A stretch of DNA of 64,000 nt, counting the filler, from Octopus bimaculoides (Eukaryota): NCBI RefSeq assembly GCF_001194135.2. It is 5 parts of 5 records of this genome, joined end to end, with 100 filler letters (N's around TTAATTAATTAA, not from the genome) between each part and the next. Parts side by side here need not be neighbours in the genome. Positions count along the whole stretch, not along the records: positions 12,643 to 41,713 come from NC_068982.1; 4 more parts are not named here. The stretch is one strand, 5' to 3'. Below, one piece after another: positions 24,321-37,681 of this stretch. The translations under genes and the position numbers were made by a program. Each line of letters opens with the position of its first letter. The first letter of the stretch is position 1. The notes beneath the pieces are model-generated. The model made no database searches, was not told where the DNA came from, and worked only from the letters and a program-made list of their open reading frames with translations.

Positions 24321-24393
24321 TATTGTTGTTGTTGATATTAGTATTAGTATTATTGTTGGTGTTCTTCTTCTTATTATTATTATTATTATTATT

Positions 24394-24746
24394 GTTCAGT
24401 AGTTTTATTTTTATAACGTGCTTTCACTTCACTACCGAGCGCAGCTCTGTGCGCCTTGGGTATGTGCTGTGGTTTGCTGTGGTGCTCTTATGTTTACTGT
24501 ATTGAAAGTGTTTTGCGTAGAATGTGTGCAGTACCCAGTAGTGCAATTTTCTGTATGTTATANNNNNNNNNNGTTTCTGTTTTTAGATTCCACATTCGAG
24601 TTATCTCTATTTCCAGGTCTTTGTATTTTGAAAGTTTTTCCATTTCTTTTAGAGAAACGTTGTCATCTGCTGGTATTGATACATCAATTAGAAAGCATTT
24701 TTTTTCCTTCATGATCTTTGACAACTATATCTGGTCTATTTGCCTT
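24394..24746 (-). mobile_element. 5'-truncated R4/Dong-type LINE (RLE domain + 3' UTR)
   Basis: ANRPDIVV...[38 protein letters not shown]...IQKIALLGTAHILRKTL; (AAT)n at both ends. Confidence 0.9.
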
Positions 24747-24756
24747 ATTATTATTA

Positions 24757-24794
<38 letters not shown>

Positions 24795-24799
24795 TTATT

Positions 24800-27700
24800 G
24801 TCTCTGCACAGCTTCTAACGCTGGAGATGTATTATGGTGTCAGCTGTTCACTACCAGTGAACTAAGGTAACACCCCTTTTTCGAGCACCATCCGGAGTAT
24901 TCGAGCGGTTTCAAGTAGTGCTGTTGTCTGCAAGTGCTCCACCCTTACTGCAGCCCCTATTTGTTCCATGTATTTACCAAGATTTTTACTCAGTGTTCCC
25001 TGGGCTCCGACAATTATTAGTACTACTACCACCTTTTTCAGCAACTACAACTGCTTAACCTCCCAAGATAACCTGTCATATCTATTGACTCTTCTTTCTT
25101 CCTTACCGCATACCAAGTTATCAGCTGGGTATGCTATATCTATGATTCAACATCAATTTCTTTCTTTCTCAATTAACACTATGTCTGGTTTCCTATTCTC
25201 TATCTCATGGTCGCACTAAATCATAAAATCCCTTTGGATCTTTCCATTATCTTTTTCGATGATGCCTTCGGGTTCATGTACTGCTTTTTTGCTCTGTCAA
25301 GTCCATACTTATTGCAAAGTGTCCAATGGACAATCTTTGCTATGTTGTCATGGCGTCTCTTATATTCTTTATGAGCTAGTGGCGTACATTGACTGGTAAT
25401 ATACCACACGGTTTCACTATTTTGTCCATAAATTCTGCACTTACCACTTTCTGGTGTGTTGTCTGTTCTGTATTTGACGTAATTGGTTCTTAATGCTTGC
25501 TCTTGGGCAGCACAGATTAAAGCCTACGTTTCTGGTTTTAAATCACTTTTAGACATCCATAACCATCTTTTTTCTCTGTCTGTCTTATCTTCAACATCCC
25601 TATGAAATTGTCCATGCATTCCTTTCTTTATCCACCTATTTTCAGTTTCATTCCTTCTCAAGTGCTTCTACAGTACTTTATCTGTGCAATCTTCCATCCT
25701 ACACAAGCCTGACCTTCTTACTTCCAATAATAGTGGTTCTGTGGCATTTTTTACTTACCATGCTATGTTGCTTTCTTCTGCTCTAATGCTGTGTTCGCAT
25801 CTAATAAGTCCTCTTCCCCCTCTTTTTCTTGGTACATACAGTCTGTCTGTGTCACTTTTTTTGGTGGAGTATCCCATATCTAGTCAGCTACTTCCTTGTT
25901 TTTTCTGTCTAAGCTGTTTAATTTAGTTCCTCTACTGTCCATGCGATTACGCCTGTTCCATATCTAAGGAGTGAAACCGCCCAGGTGTTGATAGCTTCAA
26001 TCTTATTTCGTCCGTTTAATTTCGACTTAAGGATCAGTCTCAGTCTGTGCAAGTACTCTACTTTAAATGTTTCTGTCATTTCTTTCTTTATAAATTTATC
26101 TATTTCCAATATCTCCAAGTACTTATAGCCTGTCTCTTCTATTTGCTTCATAACTTCCCCCGACGGTATCGCTAGCCCGTCCATGCATTTAATTTTATCT
26201 CTCTTCAAGACTAACACACCACACTTTTTCAGTCCGAACTCCATTCTGATATCAGCAGTGAAAGCATACACCGTATCAATGAGGGAACTGACTTAGGACT
26301 CATCTTTACCATAAGATTTGAGGCCATCCATGAATAACAAGTGGTTGACTTTTTGTTGGCGGCTCTTGAATACATACCCAGCCTTTGCTTTCCTCAGAAT
26401 CAGTGTTAGTGGTATCATGCACAGTACAAAGATCAGTGGGGACAGGCAGTCCTCTTGGAAGATGCTTCTCCTGATTTCTATTGTCCCTAAACTTCTTCCA
26501 TATGCTGTCAGTTCAGTCCTCCACTTCGCCATACTTTTTCCAAGCAATCGTTCAACATTCGATGCAATACCAAGTAGGTTCATACATTCCATAATCCAAG
26601 AATGTGGGATCATATCGTATACCTAATGGTAATCGATCCATGACACGGCTAAGTTAGTTTTCCTCCTCTTGCAGTCTCTAAGTACAGTTTTGTCTATCAG
26701 GAGTTGATCCTTGGTACCTCTGCACTTACTCTTGCACGCCTTCTGCTCATGCGACGGGACTCCATTTTTCCCCAGATGTCCGTGCATTGACTCTGCAATT
26801 ATTCCAGTCAATAATTTCCACATAAGTGGCAAGTAGGATATCGGCCTGTGATTGTCTACCGATGCCTTTTTCGATATTTTTCAAGCACAGCACTGTCCTA
26901 CCCATTGTCAACCACTCTGGTGTTACTTGGTGGGTATTTAACAAAGTGCTGAGTTGGGCAGCTATTCGTGCATGACATTCGCCAAATCTTTTGATCCAGT
27001 AGTGTTGAACTCCATCTGGTCCCGGAACCTTCCATTTTTTTACTGATGTCCTTCACTTCCCTAACTGAAATGACTAGTTCTGCCTGTTTTGGACAGACTA
27101 CTGTTTGTTTCAGTTCTTGCAACCATTCAGCATCCTTCTTATGCTCATTGTTTTTTCTTCAGATGTCACTCCAAAACCTTTGACTTTCAATGTTATCTGG
27201 TGTCAACTTTTCATCTGTACACTCTCCAATTATTTCTTTATAGAATCTCTTCTGATCTACTCTGAATAACCTATTCTGCCGGAATCCCTTCATTCTTTGG
27301 TTGTTTCTTACCATCTTTGCTTTCGTTGCAACGAGGCACTGTTTCAGTTCCTCCATTACCACTTTCAGGCCCTTTCTTTCAATATCATACTTCCTGTTCA
27401 GTGCCCTGTGTTTTTGTTCGCTCTTAAGCTCCCCCTTCTCTTTTCGGTCTAACACAGAAATGTCCTTCGAGAGCATGTCTAACCCCGCCTGTATTCTTCT
27501 TTTCCACTATGGATCTTTTCTTTTGCCACCCCCATTATATTTCTTTTTCTTGACATCAACAACCACATTTTCTGCCACAACAGTACTTGCTACCTTCATA
27601 AATTTATTTGTTTCTGTGATGTTTTTTGCTCTGATATATTTCAGAATTTCATTGACATTTTTCGTTTCTTGGTTCAATTTCCACCGATCAATCTTTTTAA

Positions 27701-28099
27701 GGTTGCAAATAATGTCGCTATTGTTCTCCTGTAGCCTTGCCTTTATTCTGTCGTAGATTACCTTTTGCCCATCTGTCATTTCACCATTAGTTTTATTGTC
27801 TTCTTCCAGACCATTTATATGTCTCTCATCGAGGAAGCTATCATTGTTCCTTTCTTGTGGTTTATTAGAGATCTCACCTCTGTTTTCTGCTATGAGATCC
27901 CTTNNNNNNNNNNNGAACAGTAGTTCCATCGCTTACTCTGCTGCTGTTTTCCAATACCCGTCTTTTGATTGCTTTGAGCTCTACTTCTGTGAACCAACGA
28001 TATTCTCTTATTGCTCTAGCTTGATCACATAATCTCTGTTCCGTGAGTTGAAACAATCCTTTCTCTCCATTCATCATACATATGTTGTCGGTATCCCCT
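24800..28099 (-). mobile_element. Near-full-length, inactivated R4/Dong-type non-LTR retrotransposon
   Basis: N-terminal RGYRQHMYDEW / QLTEQRLCDQARAI; RT motifs [36 protein letters not shown] (DD to DG); degenerate CCHC (CRIY..VWYITSQC); RLE RKPDIV..IIDIAYP; many stops and frameshifts; (AAT)n flanks. Confidence 0.95.
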
Positions 28100-28101
28100 A
28101 A

Positions 28102-28144
<43 letters not shown>

Positions 28145-28154
28145 NNNNNNNNNN

Positions 28155-28525
28155 TGTAGCCTTGCCTTTATTCTGTCGTAGATTACCTTTTGCCCATCTG
28201 TCATTTCACCATTAGTTTTATTGTCTTCTTCCAGACCATTTATATGTCTCTCATCGAGGAAGCTATCATTGTTCCTTTCTTGTGGTTTATTAGAGATCTC
28301 ACCTCTGTTTTCTGCTATGAGATCCCTTTTATCAATAAGAACAGTAGTTCCATCGCTTACTCTGCTGCTGTTTTCCAATACCCGTCTTTTGATTGCTTTG
28401 AGCTCTACTTCTGTGAACCAACGATATTCTCTTATTGCTCTAGCTTGATCACATAATCTCTGTTCCGTGAGTTGAAACAATCCTTTCTCTCCATTCATCA
28501 TACATATGTTGTCGGTATCCCCTAA

Positions 28526-28567
<42 letters not shown>
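28155..28567 (-). other. Identical second copy of 27729-28144 (probable assembly redundancy)
   Basis: Identical by eye, bounded by 10-N gaps, differing only in (AAT)n length. Confidence 0.75.
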
Positions 28568-29379
28568 NNNNNNNNNNNNNNNNNNNNNNNNNNNNNNNNN
28601 NNNNNNNNNNNNNNNNNNNNNNNNNNNNNNNNNNNNNNNNNNNNNNNNNNNNNNNNNNNNNNNNNNNNNNNNNNNNNNNNNNNNNNNNNNNNNNNNNNNN
28701 NNNNNNNNNNNNNNNNNNNNNNNNNNNNNNNNNNNNNNNNNNNNNNNNNNNNNNNNNNNNNNNNNNNNNNNNNNNNNNNNNNNNNNNNNNNNNNNNNNNN
28801 NNNNNNNNNNNNNNNNNNNNNNNNNNNNNNNNNNNNNNNNNNNNNNNNNNNNNNNNNNNNNNNNNNNNNNNNNNNNNNNNNNNNNNNNNNNNNNNNNNNN
28901 NNNNNNNNNNNNNNNNNNNNNNNNNNNNNNNNNNNNNNNNNNNNNNNNNNNNNNNNNNNNNNNNNNNNNNNNNNNNNNNNNNNNNNNNNNNNNNNNNNNN
29001 NNNNNNNNNNNNNNNNNNNNNNNNNNNNNNNNNNNNNNNNNNNNNNNNNNNNNNNNNNNNNNNNNNNNNNNNNNNNNNNNNNNNNNNNNNNNNNNNNNNN
29101 NNNNNNNNNNNNNNNNNNNNNNNNNNNNNNNNNNNNNNNNNNNNNNNNNNNNNNNNNNNNNNNNNNNNNNNNNNNNNNNNNNNNNNNNNNNNNNNNNNNN
29201 NNNNNNNNNNNNNNNNNNNNNNNNNNNNNNNNNNNNNNNNNNNNNNNNNNNNNNNNNNNNNNNNNNNNNNNNNNNNNNNNNNNNNNNNNNNNNNNNNNNN
29301 NNNNNNNNNNNNNNNNNNNNNNNNNNNNNNNNNNNNNNNNNNNNNNNNNNNNNNNNNATATATATATATATATATATAT

Positions 29380-29530
29380 ACGACAAGCTTCCACACTGTT
29401 TCTGTCACCAAATTCACTCACAAGGCGTTGGTTGGTCCCCGAAGCTATAGTAGAACATATTTGCTCAAGACTGAACCCGAAACTACATGGCTGCAAAACG
29501 AGCTTCTTACTCACACAGCCTTACCTACGC
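29380..29530 (-). mobile_element. SINE family A, 5' half
   Basis: caaattcactcacaaggcgttggttggtccccgaagctatagtagaac...gagcttcttactcacacagcc; abuts (TA)n. Confidence 0.8.
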
Positions 29531-29859
29531 ATTTGGGAGCGGAGAAGTCCTTAATGCAATCATGTAGTAGCGAACATACTTAAGTAATCTCTCGGTCTAC
29601 GTTTGGATCCTCTCGTCTGCCTTATTGTTTCTGCCGCCCAAGGCTCTGCAGTAGCGATTATGTCAAATCATTCTAAAACGTGATTCCGCTGGAATTTCTG
29701 CCTCTGCTTTTCCTACGATCGTGAATTTGCAGCTGTTCAAGAGGAAAACCTATAATAAAACATAACCAGTCTCAGAGAGTAAACAAAAGCTATGCATACA
29801 GCCCTTTTACAAAGATCTATTGAAATATAGTAGGAGAATGAATAAACATTTTTAGTGTG

Positions 29860-30025
29860 GGGAAAAGCGAAGTACTGACTTAAGTCCTGGGACTTATGGG
29901 GACCGTTACCCAGTTTCCATAGTGCATGAGGGACCGAGATCACAACACTGACCCTGAGCGGGACGTCAGTCTGCCGCAGAGTTACTCATTGATTCGCAAT
30001 ATCCTAACCACTAGACTACCTGCCT
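29860..30025 (-). mobile_element. Old tRNA-derived SINE relic
   Basis: Minus strand begins ggcaggtagtctagtggttagg (A-box-like); degenerate body. Confidence 0.4.
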
Positions 30026-31045
30026 TCAACATGAGAAAAGGAAGAGGGGATAGAAAGTCAGAGAGAAGATCTGGAGAAAAGCCGAGAAAACATTGAAAAG
30101 AAATTAAAAGTGAGAAAAAGTACGAGGATATCAGTAGAATTTATTGTTGCCATTTAGTCTTAGGCTTGCCCTGGTCTAACATATCTACAGTCATGACCAT
30201 CTCGTCTTTTAAACATAGTGTTTCTACATATATGTTTTGCACACTTAAAACAGTGTTTCCAGTTTTACATTGTTCAAGTATCCGGCTTTATTTTCAGACG
30301 ATAGGGTATAATTTGATGAAAAATTGAGAATGTGAAGGCGGAGACAACAGTGACAACAAACAAAGCGGAAGAAAAATGATGATGGGAGTATAATAAAAAG
30401 CAAGAGGAGAAAGAAGTGATAATCCTCGATATGTGTGTGGGGGGGTGCTTGAGTGTGTGTGTGCGTGCGTTTGTGTTGCGTGTGTGTATGATGTGCGAGT
30501 GTTTAAATGCCGGAGAGATAGAAACACCGAGGAAAAGTATATGTAATTATACGCATTGAACACCCATTATTCAATGTAATTATATACATTGACTAGCGGT
30601 ACCAGTGACGATTCTTTTCTAAGGTATCATCGTGACCATAGTGATCCAAAAGTCGTTGACAGATTTTAAAACGATTTTGTTTGTGTAATTCTACGAGTTG
30701 TTTGGGGACTTATCTTGCACAGACTTTACTAAAGTTTAATCTAGACATGGTGTAGCAGTAGTCCCAAATGTCAGAGCAACAAACTATTGTAGATCTTGCT
30801 TGAGCTTTGTTAAAGGTCAGGTATTCATCAGAATTGAAATATTTTGGGTCTATGAATAGAGATCAGGAAAACTACTGTTAGTGGTACAGATTTGTTTATA
30901 TGACGTAATGTGGATAACCAGAAATAATCATGCAGCAACTTAATGCGCTTTGATTGTATACTGTTGATGTCTAGGTTAGATAAGGCACTCGAGTATTTCC
31001 TTCGTACGAGCAGTGTTTGAATTTTTGTTACTGTTGAGACTAGAT

Positions 31046-31192
31046 CAGGCATGGGCAACCTTTTTTTCGAGAAGCGGGTTGATGGAACATGACTCATCAT
31101 TAGGCGGGCCTCATTACTAAAACAATTCAAGGTAATTTTGCGTTAGGCGTGCCATCCAGAAAGTCCCGCGGGCCACAGGTTACCGATGACTG
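31046..31192. mobile_element. 147-bp hAT-type MITE with 8-bp TSD
   Basis: TIRs caggcatgggcaacc / ggttaccgatgactg; flanks gactagat (31038-31045) and cactagat (31193-31200). Confidence 0.85.
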
Positions 31193-31309
31193 CACTAGAT
31201 TGTCATATCCTAATTAAAGGCAATTTGCGGTTTCTCTTTACAGGAATTGAAGTTTTAGCGTAAATTTTCTTGGTTACAAGTGAATGGCGCCAGTTTGTAG
31301 AATGTTAAG

Positions 31310-31665
31310 GGTAAAAAAAAGGCTGAAGACCCACTTCGGTCATGAATGGCCATGGGATTGCGCCTAAAATTTCCCCTACTAGATACAAGTCCGGACTAGA
31401 TTGTTTATGGGAGACCAGCAGTCGCCCATGCATACCAGTCTCCCCCCTCCACGCCACCGATGTTATCCAAGGAAAAGGCAAAGACTGATACAGCTTGGCA
31501 CCTGTGACATCGCAACTGATTTTTACAGCTGAATGAACTGGAGCAACGTGAAATAAAGTATCTTGCTCAAGAACACAACACACAGACCGGTCCGGGAATC
31601 GAACTCACTACCTCATGATTGTGAGCCCAACACTCTACTCTACCCACTGAACTATGCGCCTTCAT
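31310..31665 (-). mobile_element. SINE family G, full length (tRNA head + CORE-like domain)
   Basis: Minus strand gagttcgattcccggacc B-box, gtgttgtgttcttgagcaagatacttt CORE-like segment, distinct 3' tail ending in a T-run. Confidence 0.85.
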
Positions 31666-31950
31666 AGAAAGTTAAGGAGGAGTGTGTGTGAGAGAGAGAG
31701 AGAGCATTTGTGCACATGTGTCTAGGATAAACTCACATTCATGTAGTGGGGTTACTTTAGTATACAAGAGTAGTATTGCATATACGTTTGTTTAAGTATG
31801 TACGCATGATATGTCAGCTTAGTGCTACTGGCAACATCAAACCCAATACAATTTGTCGCATAGTTAGACCGTTGGCGACTAAACTGCTAATCCTACCAAG
31901 CCTGTTTTCACTGGATAAAAAAAAAAAACACCCATCAAAGGGCGGATGAA

Positions 31951-32006
31951 TTTCCTCTGAGGAAGGAGCTGGTTTCTAACAGAGATACAAAGCTCCATCG
32001 TTGGAA
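31951..32006 (+). ncRNA. Weak hammerhead-like relic
   Basis: tttcct-CTGAGGA-a-GGAGCT...AGCTCC-atcgtt-ggaa. Stem II and stem I complementarity present, GAAA missing. Confidence 0.25.
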
Positions 32007-32537
32007 TGTAGATTACAAAAACAATGTCACACTTCAAATTTGAGAAAAGGCTTGAATATTTTTAGTGACCAGCTTACAGATTGTATTCGTTTTGTGCGAG
32101 TTAGTTGGTTGATTTCTTTATCTGAAATCCAAGCTCATACAAGCTATCAGGCATTTACTCACAAAATCAAGTGCAACAATAATTATTGATATAAATGTAA
32201 ATTTGTAATCTGGATATACAAGCTGGAGGTTTATATGAATGTATGTATGTATTTTCATTCGAGATCCCTAGGTCAGTTTGCTGAACTCTTGTGCAAGGGT
32301 TGTCATACTTTGGCAAGAATCATTACCATACACTCATCATGCATCAGTTGGAAGTTATATTTGGATCATTTTAGGTTTTTGCATCCTGACAGTGAGAGAT
32401 GAATTCGCTCTGCGCATGCTTTATCAACAATAAACAAAATGAGTATGCACTTTGAAGACAAAAGCTCTGCAATTCAAGTAAACTCGTAAGACCGTTGCGA
32501 CCCGAAGAGCCATCATCATCAAATATACATATATGTC

Positions 32538-32604
<67 letters not shown>

Positions 32605-33008
32605 ACAGACAGACTGACAGACTGATAGATAGATAGACATTACCATACACAGACATACGTTTATGCATATATATATAGAGAGAGCGGGGAGATAGATATA
32701 ATGCATAGATATAAATACATTTATGCATATGTGTGCGAGTGTCTGTGCGTGTATGTATTTATGTATGTAATTTTTTTAATATATAGTTTACGTAGAATTG
32801 CTCGAAAAATACATGTGAATAAATGTCTATTGTTCAAACAAGTATCGATGTAATGCAAGCATAAAAACTATATACTGAGCACTCAGTACGTTCTGAATTG
32901 CCGTCTCTCACGATCATGACTTCTTTTCATACGATCCATAGATGTATGTATAGATGCATGCATACACACACACACACAAACACACACACATACATACACA
33001 CACACACA

Positions 33009-33051
<43 letters not shown>

Positions 33052-33508
33052 AAATACAATGCTTGCTATCGAATTGTATATGCATAACTGTGTATACATA
33101 TTTGATTTTGCGTATGTATGTATTTGCTTGTGATTATTTGTATAAGTTAATGCTTATTGTATGTGACTATCAGCATAAGCTAATGTATACAATTGTATGT
33201 GTTATGTATGTGCGTAACAGTTATAGCGTGAATATAAGTTCATATCACACACATTATATATTTGTAAATGTGCGCGTGAACGTAACCTATTGTGTGCGCT
33301 GCTTGTGTATGCATGCATGCTAATATTTCAAAGTATGTATCACAACGCAATTGTATAAAATGTACTTACAATGGATATGTATGATCGATACACTTTCTGA
33401 CTTTCACACTCTCTCTTTCTCTCCATTTCTCTCCCATTCTTTCTCTTTCTCTCTCACACACACACATACACACACACACACACACATATGCATATATACA
33501 AACATACT

Positions 33509-33554
<46 letters not shown>

Positions 33555-33748
33555 CATATTGGTCCCAAACGCGCTAAGTATATTGTTGAAAACAATGTTA
33601 TTCGCCAGTTATTATTTAAAAGACTCCGTTCCAAAGTGATTACACTAAGCGGCTTTGATGATAACTATGCATATGTATATATGTGTATATAGATAGATAG
33701 ATAGATAGATTATATGTACGTAGGTATATTATATACGTGTGTGTATTC

Positions 33749-33779
<31 letters not shown>

Positions 33780-34399
33780 TTCGTGCGTGTTTGAAGGAGA
33801 GAGAGTTTATGTGGTTGGCGGATATGGGTGAGTGTGTGCGCGCCTGAGTGTGAGTGTGTAGCGAATGTTGAAAAGTGTTGAAATTAAAAGTGTAATTAGT
33901 GAGAAAGTATTCAGGAAAATGCGATCGATCAGACCTGCAGGCGCAGACCTCCACCGCCACATCCACCGCCGTTACTACCGACGTCACTACCACCACCACC
34001 ACCAGCNNNNNNNNNNNNNNNNNNNNNNNNNNNNNNNNNNNNNNNNNNNNNNNNNNNNNNNNNNNNNNNNNNNNNNNNNNNNNNNNNNNNNNNNNNNNNN
34101 NNNNNNNNNNNNNNNNNNNNNNNNNNNNNNNNNNNNNNNNNNNNNNNNNNNNNNNNNNNNNNNNNNNNNNNNNNNNNNNNNNNNNNNNNNNNNNNNNNNN
34201 NNNNNNNNNNNNNNNNNNNNNNNNNNNNNNNNNNNCCACCACCACCACCACCACCACTACAACTATAACCACAAACCCCAAACCACCGCCGCCACTAAAA
34301 CACTCCATCTCTCTCCATTACATTCAAACCATTTAACATTATAAAACTCCAAAACTAACAAGTCTGCTCCATCCACAAGCCTTTATCCAACATTAACCC

Positions 34400-35045
34400 C
34401 TACCCAATACCATTACGATGACCACTACCACCTCTATCCACCACTGTAACCACTACCACTGACACCCCCCCATCACCACCACCACCACCACCACCACTAC
34501 CACGATCATCATCATCGTTATAACTAAGTCTAAGGTCTGCAAGCACACTCTTCGTTATCTCCACCACTACTACTACAACTACTACTACTACTCCGACTAC
34601 CAGCATACCACCACCACCACCACCACTACTGCTACGGCCACCAACACCACCACCACCACAACCACTACTATTACTGCTATTACCACTACTACTACTACTT
34701 CTACGACGACGACCACCACCACCACTACTACTACTACTTCTACGACGACGACGACCACCACCACTACTACTACTGCCTTCTCTGTTATTATCCCTCCCCA
34801 CACCCTCTACTACAACCACCATAACACTCATCACTAATGCCAATATTACTGCCACACTACTACTACTACTAGTACTACTACTACTACTACTACTATAACT
34901 ACTATTACTACCACCACTATCACCACCACCACTAGTACTATTGCTACCACTACCACTACTACAGTTGCTATTACTAATTCTATCGCATTATTACCACTAC
35001 TACTACTACTACCACTAGCTATCAACATCATTATTACACCTACTC
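34400..35045. repeat. Cryptic (CCA/CTA/CGA)n trinucleotide low-complexity tract
   Basis: Direct reading; source of spurious poly-V/T/H ORFs. Confidence 0.9.
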
Positions 35046-35552
35046 CTACCCCGCAACTTTGAAAAGAACAGTTAAGTGTACGGTGTATGGGAGGAGAAAG
35101 GGCTGACACTTATACAGGAAGACCCAATAACTGTGTTGGCGGCGGCGGCGGCGGCGGTGGTGGTGGTGGTGNNNNNNNNNNNNNNNNNNNNNNNNNNNNN
35201 NNNNNNNNNNNNNNNNGGTGGTGGAGCTGCTGCTGCTGGCAACAGTCGGAATATTACTTAAGCATCGGTCAGATGGTTGATTGAATGGCTAACTGTTTGT
35301 GAGGTGTGTTATGAGGAGTGAGCGGACGTTGTAGAATCCATGATGGAGTTGGTAAACTTTGTGGGGGTTAGTTGTTGTTGTGACAATGGTACCGGAGTTT
35401 ACAGTAGTGATAAGTACAGAGAAGAAGCTGTAGTGATGGTTTATGTTAAATATTGAAGTAGGAAGAGGAGATGAGGACGACGAAGTGGTCGTGGTTCTGC
35501 AAGTTGCGTGGTGGAAGGGATGAACACAGAGGGATTTATTTTATTAATATTG

Positions 35553-35615
35553 TTTAACCCCAGGTCAGCTCTGATCAAGCAGGGCTAAGATCAAAGTGTT
35601 CCAGCCATGACCCTC
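35553..35615 (-). mobile_element. SINE family D 3' fragment
   Basis: ttgtttaaccccaggtcagctctgatcaagcagggctaagatcaaagtgttccagccatgacc. Confidence 0.7.
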
Positions 35616-35689
35616 TAATTTTAGTGTCAAGTCCAATAAAGAAATTATTTTTGTTGTTGTTGTCGTTGATGTTGTTGTTCTTCTTCTTC

Positions 35690-35720
<31 letters not shown>

Positions 35721-35721
35721 G

Positions 35722-35784
<63 letters not shown>

Positions 35785-36214
35785 GTTGTGGTTATTGTTT
35801 TGCTGTTGTTGTTATTTATCGCCTGCAGAACCTTAAGGGACCGATCAAATGTTTGTTTCTCACCTTACGGAGCAGAATTTTAAAGAATGAAAATTTTTCT
35901 GCGTATTGAAAAACAATTCAAAATGGCGTTGTTTTATCGCCCAGTAAATAAACGAGGTTAGTGAGAGGAGGTTTTGAAGGTGAAGCAGTCTTTCGCAGTC
36001 ATTTCCTACCTTACAGACATGATAGGAAGAGTGAAAACACTGCAAAAAATATTTGTTTTGTCAGGATCACAAACGCTTTCAATCTCTTATCACCAGGCAA
36101 TAAGCATGAACATTTAGAAGAGGCAGAGAAATACATCAACAGACTAGAACAAAGAAAAGTTACGTTCAATATATTGCAACACCTTTTAAAACAAAACAAA
36201 AGAAAAACAATTCA

Positions 36215-36327
36215 GTACTAGGCTTACAAAGAATAACCTCTGGGGTCGATTTGCTCGACTAAAGGCGGTGCTCCAGCATGGCCGCAGTCAAATGACTGAC
36301 TGAAACAAGTAAAAGAATAAAAGAATA
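36215..36327 (+). mobile_element. SINE family A 3' tail
   Basis: agtactaggcttacaaagaataa...ggggtcgatttgctcgactaaaggcggtgctccagcatggccgcagtc...gaaacaagtaaaagaataaaagaat. Confidence 0.9.
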
Positions 36328-36833
36328 CACGGCCATAAACACAAGCAGTAAAGAACTAATGAATCACATACACCAACATACAAGCATCACGAACAATAAT
36401 TACATTACATTAACCAATGGCATCCCAGTACACATAAAGATCATCCAAATATCACACTATACATGCAGTATCTTAAAAAAACAAATAACCCAGAGGAGTA
36501 GGAAACTTCAGGTGGAAATATAACCAAAAGGCTATATAAAGAAATTTTTGAGGAAACTCACAACCAGCAGGAAGGCGGAATACTGACTTGTTATTTTTTT
36601 TTTTTTAAATGTATGTGTATGTTTATTTGATTGTATGTATGTATGAATGTATGTATGTATGTAAGTATGTTTGAATGTATGTATGTATGTATGTATGTAT
36701 GTGTAGCAAAATTATCCTACTCTTAATGGTTGAATCAACCATAAAGACTGTGCATGGTATCATTTTCTATGGTAAAATGTGGAAGTGTACCTTACATCGT
36801 TGGCATAAAATATCGAATTTGAGAGTTAAAATA

Positions 36834-36960
36834 CAGGGTGTCCACAAGGTCTGGGTACATGGAGTAAATAAATTCATAACATAAACAATTAAATATATGA
36901 AACAATAATTTCTTAAAGTATGTGTTATTCCCCATGTACCCAGACTTTGTGGACACCATC
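36834..36960. mobile_element. 127-bp Tc1/mariner-type MITE
   Basis: TA-cagggtgtccacaaggtctgggtacatgg ... ccatgtacccagactttgtggacacc: 26-bp TIR match with one mismatch, AT-rich core. Confidence 0.85.
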
Positions 36961-37646
36961 ATTTTTGTTTCTATTTTTCAACCATATTTTGTTTTTACTG
37001 TTAGCTTGTCGTTCTTTTTATTATTTAAATCAATAAACATTTTTTTCTTACTCAAGCAAATTAACAATCTACTGTATTTACATAGTGATTCTTTCGTTAC
37101 TGATTTGGTTAGTTTGGTTAGTAATGTGAAGAAAAGGTTTTACAATCAGAATAAAACCAAAATATGCTCGCAGTTGTCATCTATGCTTGTTGAAAATAAC
37201 ATCAATCGTTAGCTTAATTTTTTTTTTGCCCTTGCCTCATAGATTTTTTTTATTTTTTTTAACTGCTTTAAACAAACCAGGCACTAAATATCTTAAGACT
37301 AACTTAATGTTTCAGTCAGCCGATTTGCTAGTTTGTCTAGCATTGTATCAAAATATCAGTCTATCAGTCTGTCCGGGTGTATCTATGTTTATCCATCTTT
37401 TTTCCTCATCTGATCCATATTACCTATTGTATAGAATCACTTATTTGGGAGCAAAATTGCGGTGGTCTACATCACTAAAACAAGTAACATTTTGTCATCT
37501 GACAGAGTAATTTAACAGAGAGTAAGATAAACCGAAACACAGACAAGACAAAGCTTGACACATACTCTGACCCACTTGCATTGTTTAATAATGTTTGCAA
37601 CATATAGACATATAAATAGACAGACAGACAGACACGTGCTTATACA

Positions 37647-37681
<35 letters not shown>

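Noticed and set aside
24800-28099. Active retrotransposon
   Set aside because: FMDD is FMDG, the CCHC knuckle is broken, and there are many stops and frameshifts.
27729-28567. Apparent tandem duplication at the 5' end of the long Dong element
   Set aside because: Copies are identical by eye and bounded by 10-N gaps; most likely unmerged contig overlap or alleles differing in (AAT)n length.
33800-33990. Minus-strand frame RSDRSHFPEYFLTNYTFNF as an exon
   Set aside because: No polypyrimidine tract and no GT donor downstream.
35517-35533. 17-bp match (gggatgaacacagaggg) to the LINE end at 9097-9113
   Set aside because: No flanking similarity; too short to distinguish from chance or a tiny remnant.
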